From an uncultured Chloroflexia bacterium (GTDB taxonomy: Bacteria; Chloroflexota; Dehalococcoidia; Dehalococcoidales; RBG-16-60-22), in the NCBI GenBank assembly GCA_963727315.1, contig CAVSFE010000002.1, forward strand, positions 50,289-114,288: a stretch of DNA of 64,000 bases. Direction: 5' to 3'. Each line of letters begins with the position of its first letter. The first letter of the stretch is position 1. Below, piece after piece: positions 9,364 through 19,023 of this stretch. The notes under the pieces were generated by a model. The model was not told the origin of the DNA. It saw nothing but the letters and a program-made list of their open reading frames with translations, and did not search any database. Position numbers and translations under genes: made by a program.

Positions 9364-10407
9364 TTGACACTTGATAAATTTGCGACAGCCTCGAAAATAT
9401 GTACCAGGTGCGCCCTACCCGCAACATACCCTGGCATTCGATTTAACGAAGAGGGCGTGTGTAATCAATGCCTGGACTTCAAGAAAGACGGGACTGATCG
9501 GGACAAACAGGCAGAATATCGGAAAAAGTTCGAGACGTTAATCAAAGAACTCAAGGGGAGTGGTACCTATGATGCACTTATGTGTTACAGTGGCGGCAAG
9601 GACAGCACCCACACGTTAAGTATCCTCAAAGAAAAATATGATTTGAATGTCCTGGCAGTATCTGTTGACAATGGGTTTTTATCAAATCAGGCATTCAAGA
9701 ACATTCAAACGGTCGTAGAAAAATTAGAGATAGACCATATCTTCTTCAAGCCGCGTTTTGACATGCTGGCGAAGATATTCTCCTATTGCTCCAAAGCCGA
9801 TATATACCCACCCAGGGCTTTAGAAAGGGCAAGCAGTATCTGTATCTCCTGTATGGCGATAGTGAAATATAGTACTTTACGTATCGCTCTGGAAAAGAAT
9901 ATCGCTTTTATTGTTTACGGCTGGTCTCCCGGCCAGGCGCCTATCACGTCATCTATCATTAAAAATAATCCAGGTATGGTTAAGATAATGCAGAAGTCGG
10001 TGTACGACCCCCTCTATCGAATCGTTGGCCCTGAGATAAAACCGTACTTTCTAGAGGATAAGCATTTTGAAGAAATGTACCGTTTCCCTTATTATATTCA
10101 CCCGCTGGCATTTCTGGGATACGACGAACCAGCCGTCTATCAGAACATCGCTCGCCTTGGATGGAAACCGCCTCGCGACACCGATGCGAATTCTACCAAT
10201 TGTCTTCTCAATTCCTTCGCTAACGCCTTACATAAAAAACGCCTGGGCTTTCATCCTTATGCCTTCGAACTGTCGAATTTGGTTCGCGAGGGGTATCTAG
10301 ACCGTGATACCGCTATAAACAGGCTTAATCAGCAGGAGAATCCCAAAAACGTGGACAAGGTCAGACAAAAACTAGCATTGACGATAGACTCCACCAAAAT
10401 ATATTAA
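9364..10407 (+). CDS. PP-loop ATPase, N-acetyl sugar amidotransferase-like
   Basis: CTRC...CNQC N-terminus, YSGGKDS PP-loop, CISC, STNC; TTG start with GAGGAG RBS. Confidence 0.75.
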   Translation: MTLDKFATASKICTRCALPATYPGIRFNEEGVCNQCLDFKKDGTDRDKQAEYRKKFETLIKELKGSGTYDALMCYSGGKDSTHTLSILKEKYDLNVLAVSVDNGFLSNQAFKNIQTVVEKLEIDHIFFKPRFDMLAKIFSYCSKADIYPPRALERASSICISCMAIVKYSTLRIALEKNIAFIVYGWSPGQAPITSSIIKNNPGMVKIMQKSVYDPLYRIVGPEIKPYFLEDKHFEEMYRFPYYIHPLAFLGYDEPAVYQNIARLGWKPPRDTDANSTNCLLNSFANALHKKRLGFHPYAFELSNLVREGYLDRDTAINRLNQQENPKNVDKVRQKLALTIDSTKIY

Positions 10408-10520
10408 TACATTACTATCGCCGCTGCCTTAAAGGTCGATAGTCTTGAAGTGTAATTAGAATAAAGACAAGGATGTAGCAGACATTATCTATAATATCCT
10501 CGGATAACTAAAGGAGAAAA

Positions 10521-11171
10521 ATGTTCTTTTTTACATGGATATTCACTTTCATACTCAAGGCTTCCAGGAAAGCTTCAAAGGTGGTCGTCCTGGCCGGGTA
10601 CGACCATAATACCATCTACAAATATTTCCGAAAACAGGGTGCGAAGATTGGAGAAGGCTGCGTTATCAGTACCAAGTCTCTCGGAAGCGAGCCATATTTG
10701 GTAAACCTTGGAAATCGCGTATGGATATCCGGAGATGTTGTCTTTCATACTCATGATGGCGGCGCGTGGGTTCTCAGGGATAACCGGCCAAGCCTTGATG
10801 TCTTTGGCCCCATTATCATCGAGGATAACTGCCTTATCGGGGTAGGTGCTCAGCTACTCCCCAACATACGCATCGGTAGGAATTCAATAGTTGGGCCCGG
10901 GTCAGTCGTTATCTCGGATATTCCTCCCTACAGTATTGTCATGGGGGTGCCTGCCAGACCTATCAGTTCGTTTGCTAAATATAAAGAAAAATGCCTTGCC
11001 CGGTGGGAGGTACAGAAACCCCCTGATTTGGATACAGAAAAGTTAGGCTGGGGCACATCAAAAAATGCTAAGAAAAAACTAAGAAAGCATCTCACTGAAC
11101 TATTTTTCAATCAAGCTAAAGTAGAAAAGGGGAATTCTGATAAGGAAATCCTACAGAACGGGAAGTCTTAA
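10521..11171 (+). CDS. Hexapeptide-repeat (LbH) sugar O-acyltransferase
   Basis: GAKIGEGC, THDGG, IIIEDNCLIG, GVPARPI. Confidence 0.88.
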   Translation: MFFFTWIFTFILKASRKASKVVVLAGYDHNTIYKYFRKQGAKIGEGCVISTKSLGSEPYLVNLGNRVWISGDVVFHTHDGGAWVLRDNRPSLDVFGPIIIEDNCLIGVGAQLLPNIRIGRNSIVGPGSVVISDIPPYSIVMGVPARPISSFAKYKEKCLARWEVQKPPDLDTEKLGWGTSKNAKKKLRKHLTELFFNQAKVEKGNSDKEILQNGKS

Positions 11172-11219
11172 AAATAACCTCGTATTTTTAATTAACCGTT
11201 CCATAAAAATTACAGTAGA

Positions 11220-12251
11220 ATGATTAATTATAGAATAAAATACCAAATTGTAATGACACTAATTACAATAGCCGATTGTATTAGGTTTTTTGATATCTAT
11301 GCCTTCTACAGAAGAAAAATTACTAAATCACAAGTGGCTATTATAACTTATCATCGTACAGGTCCCAAGAATGATAATTGGTCATTAGAACCAACTACGA
11401 CATATTTGTTTAAACAGCAAATGGAATATTTTTTGAAACATTATGAAATAATTTCATTAGCTGAATTAGCACGGCATTTACGTGAAGGCAAGAGCCTCCC
11501 CCAAAGGGCGGTGATAATCACTTTTGACGATGGTTATATAGATACTTACCTGTATGCATATCCATTTTTGAAGGAACATCATATTCCTGCAACTATTTTT
11601 CTTACCACCGGCCCTATAAATAATAACACTCTGTTCTGGTGGGATAAGGTTGGATATATCATACAACATGTGAAAATTGGAGAATATAATCTAAATGAAT
11701 TAGGGAACTTTTCATTATATTCTGATAATGATAGATCAAGAGTTCAAGCAGAAATAATTGAAGCGTTAAAATTAATAAACGAAGACAGAAAATGTTACTT
11801 AATTGACAAGTTATTTGATATTTCGGGCGTAGATATACCGTCTAACTTAACCAAAGGGCACATATTGTCATGGGATCAGGTAAAAGACATGAGTAATAAT
11901 GGCATCAGCTTCGGAGCTCACACCGTAAATCACCCTATCTTAACGAATATGCCGCTAAAGCAAGCAGAATGGGAAATTATCCAATCAAAAAGAGATATTG
12001 AAAATGTCCTGAATAAGGATGTGAATGCATTTTCATATCCGAATGGAGATTTTAATCTTAATTTAATTTCGATAGTTAAGGAAAGCGGCTTTGACCACGC
12101 CGTTTCTTTTGCTAAAGGAAAGTTCATTACTTTGAATGATAATATTTATGCATTAGTTAGATTTCCTCCACATGATAGTTTTAGTTTGTTTAAATTTGAC
12201 CAATGCGGTTTGTTAGGAGATTTACGTAAATTAGTAAATACAGGCAGGTAA
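11220..12251 (+). CDS. Polysaccharide deacetylase
   Basis: ITYHR, ITFDDGY, FGAHTVNHPIL, FSYPNG. Confidence 0.9.
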   Translation: MINYRIKYQIVMTLITIADCIRFFDIYAFYRRKITKSQVAIITYHRTGPKNDNWSLEPTTTYLFKQQMEYFLKHYEIISLAELARHLREGKSLPQRAVIITFDDGYIDTYLYAYPFLKEHHIPATIFLTTGPINNNTLFWWDKVGYIIQHVKIGEYNLNELGNFSLYSDNDRSRVQAEIIEALKLINEDRKCYLIDKLFDISGVDIPSNLTKGHILSWDQVKDMSNNGISFGAHTVNHPILTNMPLKQAEWEIIQSKRDIENVLNKDVNAFSYPNGDFNLNLISIVKESGFDHAVSFAKGKFITLNDNIYALVRFPPHDSFSLFKFDQCGLLGDLRKLVNTGR

Positions 12252-12253
12252 AC

Positions 12254-13333
12254 ATGGAAAAAACCTGGAAAATCAGAGCTTATAGAGATGGAGACGAGGA
12301 AGGAATACTGGAATTATGGAAATCAGTATATCCTGAAATGCACTTAGAAAGAAATAAATGGCTCAGTTGGTGGAACTGGCAGTATAATGAAAACCCGGCT
12401 GGGAAAGGCTGGATATGGCTGGCGGACGACGGGAATAAAATAGTGGGACAATATGCACTTATACCGGTACTGATGAAAGTTGGTACGGAATTGGTAGCTG
12501 GCTTTCAATCACTAGATACTATGACTCATCCTGAATATAGACATCAAGGTATTTTTTACACCTTGGCCCGTAAAACGTATGAAGAAGTCGCCAAGGATAA
12601 TGTACATATAGGATATGGGTTCTCAAATGATAATTCGTTTCCTGCATTCATAAAAAAACTAAATTGGCTGGAAATGCCGAATATGAAAGTCATGGTAAAA
12701 GCGTTTGATTGGCGGAATGCTATTAAGCTTAGAACAAAGAATAAGTTTTTACAGGTAGTCTTGGGAATTGGCGCTGACCTTATCTTTAATAAGACATTAT
12801 CATTAATGCAAAGAGGCCCCACCCAGCCTGACTTGAGCGTCAGTCAGGTTACTTATTTTGATGAGCGATTTGATGAATTATGGAATAATATTTGTAGACA
12901 GGCACCAATAATGAGAGTAAGGAATAAGGATTATCTTAATTGGAGATATCATGCGCCTGATAAAAATTTTATTATTTTTGCTGCGGAAAAAGACCTTAAA
13001 ATATATGGATACCTTGTAATGCAAAATACAATTAGACAGAATGCCAAAACGAGCATTATTTTTGATCTAGTCGCTCAATCAGAAGAAGTAATGCATTGTT
13101 TGGTATCTAGAGCATTAGAGGAATGCCAACAAAAAAATATGGACGTAATTATTTATTCATCGCTAACGAACAAGACTTATCGTAAGATATTAATAAAGAA
13201 CGGATTCATTTCCCTTCCGTTTATTAAGGGCGGACATTTCATAATTTACTCTGATTCATCATCTATTTCCAAAGACTTTCTCAGCAATTCTAAAAATTGG
13301 TTTATTAGCACGGGAGATTCAGACATTAACTAG
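12254..13333 (+). CDS. GNAT-family N-acyltransferase
   Basis: DTMTHPEYRHQGIF acyl-CoA motif; YLNWRY; two-domain length. Confidence 0.8.
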   Translation: MEKTWKIRAYRDGDEEGILELWKSVYPEMHLERNKWLSWWNWQYNENPAGKGWIWLADDGNKIVGQYALIPVLMKVGTELVAGFQSLDTMTHPEYRHQGIFYTLARKTYEEVAKDNVHIGYGFSNDNSFPAFIKKLNWLEMPNMKVMVKAFDWRNAIKLRTKNKFLQVVLGIGADLIFNKTLSLMQRGPTQPDLSVSQVTYFDERFDELWNNICRQAPIMRVRNKDYLNWRYHAPDKNFIIFAAEKDLKIYGYLVMQNTIRQNAKTSIIFDLVAQSEEVMHCLVSRALEECQQKNMDVIIYSSLTNKTYRKILIKNGFISLPFIKGGHFIIYSDSSSISKDFLSNSKNWFISTGDSDIN

Positions 13334-13425
13334 AAGCGTATTTGAAAAATTTCTTCATCTGACGATGGCGCTGATACAAGCACTGGCTAACCGTTGAATG
13401 CAAAGGCAGCACGTTATGAAGAATC

Positions 13426-14685
13426 GTGCTAAAGCAGTATATGATAAAAAGAAGAACTAACATGAATATTTGCCAGGTTTGTCTTTCTGATGGTTGGGCT
13501 GGTGCTGAGACCGTAGTTTATGAACTAGCTCGGCATCTTCGGGATAGAGGCGAGAGTGTCAGTATCGTTCTTAACCATGAGATCGTGAAATTTTACAGTG
13601 ACCTCAAAAATGTAAAGCTTTTTGATATTGGCTGTATATATCCCCCGGACTCCTGCATACCACATATAATCAGAAACAAACAAAAACGGGACTTTTTAAC
13701 CCAGTTCTTTCGCTTAGGTTACCGTTATCTTGACGAAATACTTCGTTACCGACACTACAAGAAGATAAAAAATGCGCTAATACAATTCATGCTTGAAAAC
13801 CACATTAGTATTGTCCATTCACACCTCGAAAATGCCGCCATTCTAGTTTCTACTCTTAATGGTCTTAAGATTCCAACAATAGTTACTGTCCACGGTGAGA
13901 CTGAGCTTAGAGGTGCCGCCCCTATCCACCCGCTGGTTAGGCCCCATATAAAATGGAAGATGAGAAAGTTTAGGCAGGCTCTGGTAAAAGCGAATCAGGT
14001 CATCGGGGTAAGTAATTTTATCATTGACGCTTGGGATAAACAGGCAGTAACGTTTAAAAACACACCAGTCGTGATTTACAATGGCATTAATGTCGCCGTA
14101 ATGAAAGATTATTCCTCTTTAAAAGTAGGTTTGAAAGGGAAATTCAACCTCGTTTTTCCAGGGGGGGCGAAGTGGACTAAAGGTGGTGATTTACTAATTG
14201 CCGCATTACCTAAAATAGCGCCGGAAATACCTGATTTCCACCTCTATATTGCCGGCAATGTACCGCAGCGCGATCTGCTTAAAAAGATGGTGCACGATTT
14301 AGGCTTGGAATCAAAGGTTACGTTTTCAGGCTTTCTTTTAAAAGAGGAATACCAGAAACTGCTTAATTCCGTTGATATATTTATTTTACCTTCGAGGACG
14401 GAGGGTTTTCCGGTATCGATTCTAGAGGCAATGGCTCTGGGTAAGCCGATAATCACAACTCGCCGGGGTGGTATTAATGAGATGGTCTGCGACGGCAGAA
14501 ATGGGATTCTGGTTGAGCCGAATCCCGAGCAGATTGCCGGTGCCATCTTATACCTCCATCGCAACGCGAATATCCGAAAGGAAATAAGCCAAAATAACCT
14601 AAAGGACGTAGCTAGATTTGATTGGAATCTTGCTATAGACAAGTATGTCGATATCTACCAGCAAGTACTTAAGAGAGATCAATAG
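13426..14685 (+). CDS. Glycosyltransferase family 4
   Basis: GAETVV N-terminal motif; PSRTEGFPVSILEAMALGKPII; true start may be 13441 or 13462. Confidence 0.92.
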   Translation: MLKQYMIKRRTNMNICQVCLSDGWAGAETVVYELARHLRDRGESVSIVLNHEIVKFYSDLKNVKLFDIGCIYPPDSCIPHIIRNKQKRDFLTQFFRLGYRYLDEILRYRHYKKIKNALIQFMLENHISIVHSHLENAAILVSTLNGLKIPTIVTVHGETELRGAAPIHPLVRPHIKWKMRKFRQALVKANQVIGVSNFIIDAWDKQAVTFKNTPVVIYNGINVAVMKDYSSLKVGLKGKFNLVFPGGAKWTKGGDLLIAALPKIAPEIPDFHLYIAGNVPQRDLLKKMVHDLGLESKVTFSGFLLKEEYQKLLNSVDIFILPSRTEGFPVSILEAMALGKPIITTRRGGINEMVCDGRNGILVEPNPEQIAGAILYLHRNANIRKEISQNNLKDVARFDWNLAIDKYVDIYQQVLKRDQ

Positions 14686-14780
14686 TAAAAATTTGGTATC
14701 GGGATAATTTTGTGAGTAACCTTATACTTTAGATAAATATATATTAAAGAATCCATCTCGCGGCACAAACACTAAAAAAT

Positions 14781-17279
14781 TTAATACTTCCTTTCCGCTA
14801 ACACGTTTTCTACATTTTCTTTCGGGTTCACCTCGTATAGTATAAAGCCTTCCACGTGTGCCCCTACGGATTCCAGGGCCTGCTTGCTTTCTCTCGCCAG
14901 ATCAATTCTCGAGACATCCGGTTTAAGGACTAAAAGTACGCTGTCAGCTTCTTTAGCCAGAATCTTGGTATCCGTCCATCCCATTACCGGGGCGCTGTCC
15001 ACGATGATAACGTCGTAGTCTTGCCGGTATTTCGCCAGCAGTGTCTTGAAACGAGGCGAAGAAAAAAGCTCCCTGGACTGAGCCGATGTAACCCCGGCTG
15101 GAAGGATATCAACGCCTTCGACCTTGGCTACATAGCTTTTCTCTTCGTCTCCGCGTGTCATTATCCCGGACAGACCCTCCGATTTAATCAGGCTGAATAG
15201 AGCAGCAATACTAGGATGGCGCAGGTTGCCGTCAATAAGCAAGACCTTCCGACCCTGCAAAGCCACCGCCCGCGCCAGGTTGGCAGCGACTATCGTTTTA
15301 CCCTCGCCCGCCACGGGGCTGGTGACCAAGAGCACTTTACCATGGGCGGAGTCCAGTCCCAGGTTGGTGCGTAACAGCCGAAAAGATTCCAGATACTGGG
15401 GTATTCCCTTATCAAGCACCGAAGGGCTAAGCCGGCTACCTTTCTTCACTACGGCGATGCTGGCAAGCAGGGGAAGCTCTATTTGGCTCTTCACCTGCGA
15501 TGCACTCCGCACGGTGCGGTCATAATACTGAAAGATGAGGATGCCTAATATGCTCAAGAGCAGACCGGCGATGATAGCCAGAATGACACTCTTATAGCGA
15601 GTAAAAAAACCGCCTGTAGCCGAAACCACCGATGTATCCACAATCCTGGTACTGCTGAAATCGCTCGATAGTAAGGCTATCTGGAGTTGCTGTCGCAAGG
15701 TATCCAGGGCATTATAGCTGGCTGTATCGCCTCCGCTTTGGGAAATGACAGCAATCGCATCTCCAAGCCCGCTGAGGGCGTTATTGGCCACATTCAATGA
15801 TTCCTGGACTCCCAGTAAATTCGTGCTTGTCTGAACATCGAGCCCGGCAGACTGTATTTCGTCGAGTTCGGATAAAAAGGAACTCAGTCTTATCTCTGCC
15901 GCGCGAGCATTTATTTCCATGACCAGAAGTTGTTCTTGAGTCAGGAGAACATCCGTATTGGGTGTCGAGGGCGTTTGCTTGAGCTGTGCTGCAATTTCCT
16001 GCAGGGTCGCGGTAAACTGAACTATCCGATCATTAAATTCCTTGAGTCTCCATTGCATAATCGTAGGTAATCTCGGCAATATCTGTTCTACCTCTGTCGT
16101 CGCGGTGTTCAGGCTGTCGATGAGCACTGAATTGTTCTGCATGATGCGTTGCAGCGCGTTGACGTCTGCTTCCTTTAGTTGCTCTTGCTGCGCCGTCGTT
16201 TCTTCCGCTGATATGACCGCCGACATGTACTGCGCTTGAATGTCATAGAGAGAGACTATTTGCTCCAGTATCACTCCCCCGAAAGCTGCCGCTACCTGTA
16301 GCTGCTTCACAGTTGTAATCAGTTCCTGGTTAACGATAGGGTCGGTTTCAGCTTGCTGTAAAGTTGTTACATAGGCAATCAGACTGTCCAGTTTCATCAT
16401 CAGTGCCCGTATGCGCACTTCAATTACAGCAATGACGGAGCTGCGCTCCGAGTAGTTGCCTACGGAGGATACCGGTTTCAGGCCCGTGATAAGGTCGTTA
16501 ATAGCGCTTCCTTCCGATGTCAGCTCACTCATCCAGCTACTGACGACACTCAGTTGTGAAGCCGTCAACATTGTACCGGCGTCTACTGGAGCTGGTTCGG
16601 CGGCTTCTCCTCCTCCTATCGGCTGCAGGCGTTGGGAAGCTGCTTCTAGTGCAGACAGAGTGATATCTATCTGGGCTGTTAGTTTTGGCACACTGGGGTT
16701 GATCGTGATATCAACGCCGCTTTTCTGCAATTCTTCCAGCCTCTGGTTGGTATCAACCAGCGCACTCTGGATCGTCGCTTCGGTGGTTTGCTTGACTTCG
16801 TTAATATAGGCTTCGGCTACGGCATTTGCCTGCTGCTGGGCCACGAGCGGGTCTGTAGAGGTCACTGTTAAATTCACCAGGTTCGTGCTTCCCACTTCCT
16901 CGATATCGATGGCGGACTGTAGCCGGCGTACTTCCACTTGGAGATAATCAGGATCAGCGGACTTTTCCGGTTCGAGTTTGGTGATGGCCTGCTCCAACAC
17001 ACCTTGACTTTTCATCACCTCGATCTGACTCCCGATGTCCTGGAGATAGGTCAATCCGAGCACTCCCTGAAGTCCCGAAGGCACCGCCGCAAGACTCTGC
17101 TCGGTGTTTCCCATTATGACCGTCGTTTTTGCTTTTTGAAGTGTGGGGTTTGCACCGTTAAGTGCCCAGGCTGTTCCTCCGGCCACCACGCATACCAGAA
17201 TGATTATCCATAGGTGCCGCCAGATACCCTTCAGTTGTTGTGTCAGGTTAGATTGTTGTTCCATAACAGTATTAGTCAA
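14781..17279 (-). CDS. Wzc-like polysaccharide co-polymerase / BY-kinase-domain protein
   Basis: Wzz-type N-terminal TM, long helical loop, second TM, ESFRLLRTNL, Walker A SPVAGEGKT, LLIDGNLRHP, IIVDSAP. Confidence 0.85.
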   Translation of the reverse strand: MTNTVMEQQSNLTQQLKGIWRHLWIIILVCVVAGGTAWALNGANPTLQKAKTTVIMGNTEQSLAAVPSGLQGVLGLTYLQDIGSQIEVMKSQGVLEQAITKLEPEKSADPDYLQVEVRRLQSAIDIEEVGSTNLVNLTVTSTDPLVAQQQANAVAEAYINEVKQTTEATIQSALVDTNQRLEELQKSGVDITINPSVPKLTAQIDITLSALEAASQRLQPIGGGEAAEPAPVDAGTMLTASQLSVVSSWMSELTSEGSAINDLITGLKPVSSVGNYSERSSVIAVIEVRIRALMMKLDSLIAYVTTLQQAETDPIVNQELITTVKQLQVAAAFGGVILEQIVSLYDIQAQYMSAVISAEETTAQQEQLKEADVNALQRIMQNNSVLIDSLNTATTEVEQILPRLPTIMQWRLKEFNDRIVQFTATLQEIAAQLKQTPSTPNTDVLLTQEQLLVMEINARAAEIRLSSFLSELDEIQSAGLDVQTSTNLLGVQESLNVANNALSGLGDAIAVISQSGGDTASYNALDTLRQQLQIALLSSDFSSTRIVDTSVVSATGGFFTRYKSVILAIIAGLLLSILGILIFQYYDRTVRSASQVKSQIELPLLASIAVVKKGSRLSPSVLDKGIPQYLESFRLLRTNLGLDSAHGKVLLVTSPVAGEGKTIVAANLARAVALQGRKVLLIDGNLRHPSIAALFSLIKSEGLSGIMTRGDEEKSYVAKVEGVDILPAGVTSAQSRELFSSPRFKTLLAKYRQDYDVIIVDSAPVMGWTDTKILAKEADSVLLVLKPDVSRIDLARESKQALESVGAHVEGFILYEVNPKENVENVLAERKY

Positions 17280-17309
17280 CCCGAAAAATACATATCGGCT
17301 GTACTTGTT

Positions 17310-17392
17310 ATTCTAGGGTAATCGTAGGCCAGAGTCAATAATCTAGACACCTCCCCAACCGTTTTCAAACGGAACTTTAACTACATTCTAAC
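17310..17392 (-). promoter_or_regulatory. Sigma70-like promoter of wzc-like gene with upstream four-repeat array
   Basis: Minus strand TTGACT (17338-17333)-17 bp-TAGAAT (17315-17310); plus-strand repeats CCCCAAC 17353, TTCAAAC 17364, CTTTAAC 17375, TTCTAAC 17386. Confidence 0.65.
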
Positions 17393-17505
17393 CGTTGGCC
17401 GAGACTATTTACTTCTTTCGCTCTAGCGCTCTCGATGTAAAGACTCGCCGGACATCCTCCGGGGTCCTAGAAAATCTAACTTGCGGGAACGTGTAGACTC
17501 GAATT

Positions 17506-17561
17506 TTCTAACCGTTTTCTGACTCGCCTCCGACATTGTTCTAACTAGATTGAATTATGAT
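17506..17561 (+). promoter_or_regulatory. Four 11-bp-period repeats plus -10 box upstream of REC/HD-GYP-like gene
   Basis: TTCTAAC 17506, TTCTGAC 17517, CTCCGAC 17528, TTCTAAC 17539, 10 bp, TATGAT 17556-17561; 39/40 identical to reverse complement of 30425-30464. Confidence 0.8.
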
Positions 17562-17613
17562 GTTGATAGTCGATTGTTCCCATCAATAGAATTTATCGCA
17601 CGAAAGATGCTTT

Positions 17614-18981
17614 ATGATTGCAAGGAGTACTGCGGCTCGAAAGGCAGGCAAAGTCCTTGTAGTCAACTATGACTATGAGATAAGCCGAATCCTCGAAGTA
17701 AATCTGGCCCACGCCAATCTTGAGGTAGTCCTGGCTGAAAGTGGCGCCGAAGCGCTGGAAATAATTCGCCGTGATAAAGCAGATATCATTATCGTCGACC
17801 AGGAGCTCCTTGATATGGAATCCAGTGATATTTTCCGCCATATCAAAGAGTTGTCCGGCGATATCCCCGTTATCCTTATCGGCAGCCCGTCGCAAAAAAT
17901 ATATACTCCCGCGAAAGCATATGAAATCGCCGTAAGCTATATTGCCAAGCCTTTCGACCCCCAGGAAGTGGTGGCACTAGTACAGGGACACCTGATGCAT
18001 AAAGAGCGAACGATGAATATCAATCCGCCAGCGGGACTGCCGGAACGGGCCCGGGTCAGCAAAGAAACCGCCGCTAAAAAATGGCGGAGCGGTCTGCCGG
18101 ATGTCGATTCTATCCAGACTGCGATGGAGATAAGCCGGAAGGAAGCAAGAGAAGCACTCAAGAGCGTTCAGCTCATCGTCGCCTCGCTTGTGGAGACCGT
18201 GCCGCCTGCGCTAAAGGATTCCTTCGACCGGCTCGCTGGCGACGTCCAGGAACTGGCGGTCCTCTGCAACCGTTCGCTTTATCTGGTCCACACCTTCAAC
18301 AGCCGGCTGGAGATGCAGCAGGAGCGGTTATTACAGCAGGAATCGGAGCAGCGGGCCACATCCGAGGCTGTCCTGACCATCTGCCGGCATATTACCAGGT
18401 CCATGAAGGTCGAACGTATTTTTGACCTGAAAAGCTCCAAACGGGTCGTTAAATATACCCTGGCCATAGCTAAAGAGTTAGGAATATCTGATGTTGAACA
18501 ACGGACACTCTATCATGCCGCCCTGATCAAAGATATCGCCTTGGCGTTTTCACCACTCGATATTATCGAACGAACAGCATTGATCGGTCACGAGATAGCC
18601 GTGGCGGTGAAAGAGCGCCTTAATCTCATGTGGAAGGCGCTGGCCGCCATTCCCTTTTTGGTGCCAGCCTGTAATTTACTTCTTTATCGATATGAAAGAT
18701 ACAATGGTACAGGCGGTACCTTTGGTCTCAAGGGTACCGATATCCCGCTGGGTTCGCGCATACTGGCGGTGGCTGACGCCTTCGATTCTCTTGCTTATAC
18801 CCGGTCGCTGGAGGAGGAAATAGCCTCAAGGCTGGCGGTACCGCAAATCACCGCAGAGTCAGGGTCGTCTTTTGACCCTCAGGTAGTCAATGCTTTATCA
18901 AAATTATGGAAGAGGAACGAGCTGGAGTTTGTCTTTACCGAAAACAAAGGAGAGATAGGACTTGGCAATGCCCAGGAATAA
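17614..18981 (+). CDS. Receiver-domain protein with degenerate HD-GYP domain
   Basis: REC fold (IIIVDQEL, YIAKPF); C-terminal IPLGSRILAVADAFD and FDPQVV, but HD and GYP motifs altered. Confidence 0.8.
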   Translation: MIARSTAARKAGKVLVVNYDYEISRILEVNLAHANLEVVLAESGAEALEIIRRDKADIIIVDQELLDMESSDIFRHIKELSGDIPVILIGSPSQKIYTPAKAYEIAVSYIAKPFDPQEVVALVQGHLMHKERTMNINPPAGLPERARVSKETAAKKWRSGLPDVDSIQTAMEISRKEAREALKSVQLIVASLVETVPPALKDSFDRLAGDVQELAVLCNRSLYLVHTFNSRLEMQQERLLQQESEQRATSEAVLTICRHITRSMKVERIFDLKSSKRVVKYTLAIAKELGISDVEQRTLYHAALIKDIALAFSPLDIIERTALIGHEIAVAVKERLNLMWKALAAIPFLVPACNLLLYRYERYNGTGGTFGLKGTDIPLGSRILAVADAFDSLAYTRSLEEEIASRLAVPQITAESGSSFDPQVVNALSKLWKRNELEFVFTENKGEIGLGNAQE

Positions 18982-19023
18982 AACTCGAGGAAGGAGCCGT
19001 CTTAAAAAGCCAGGCATCTTAAG

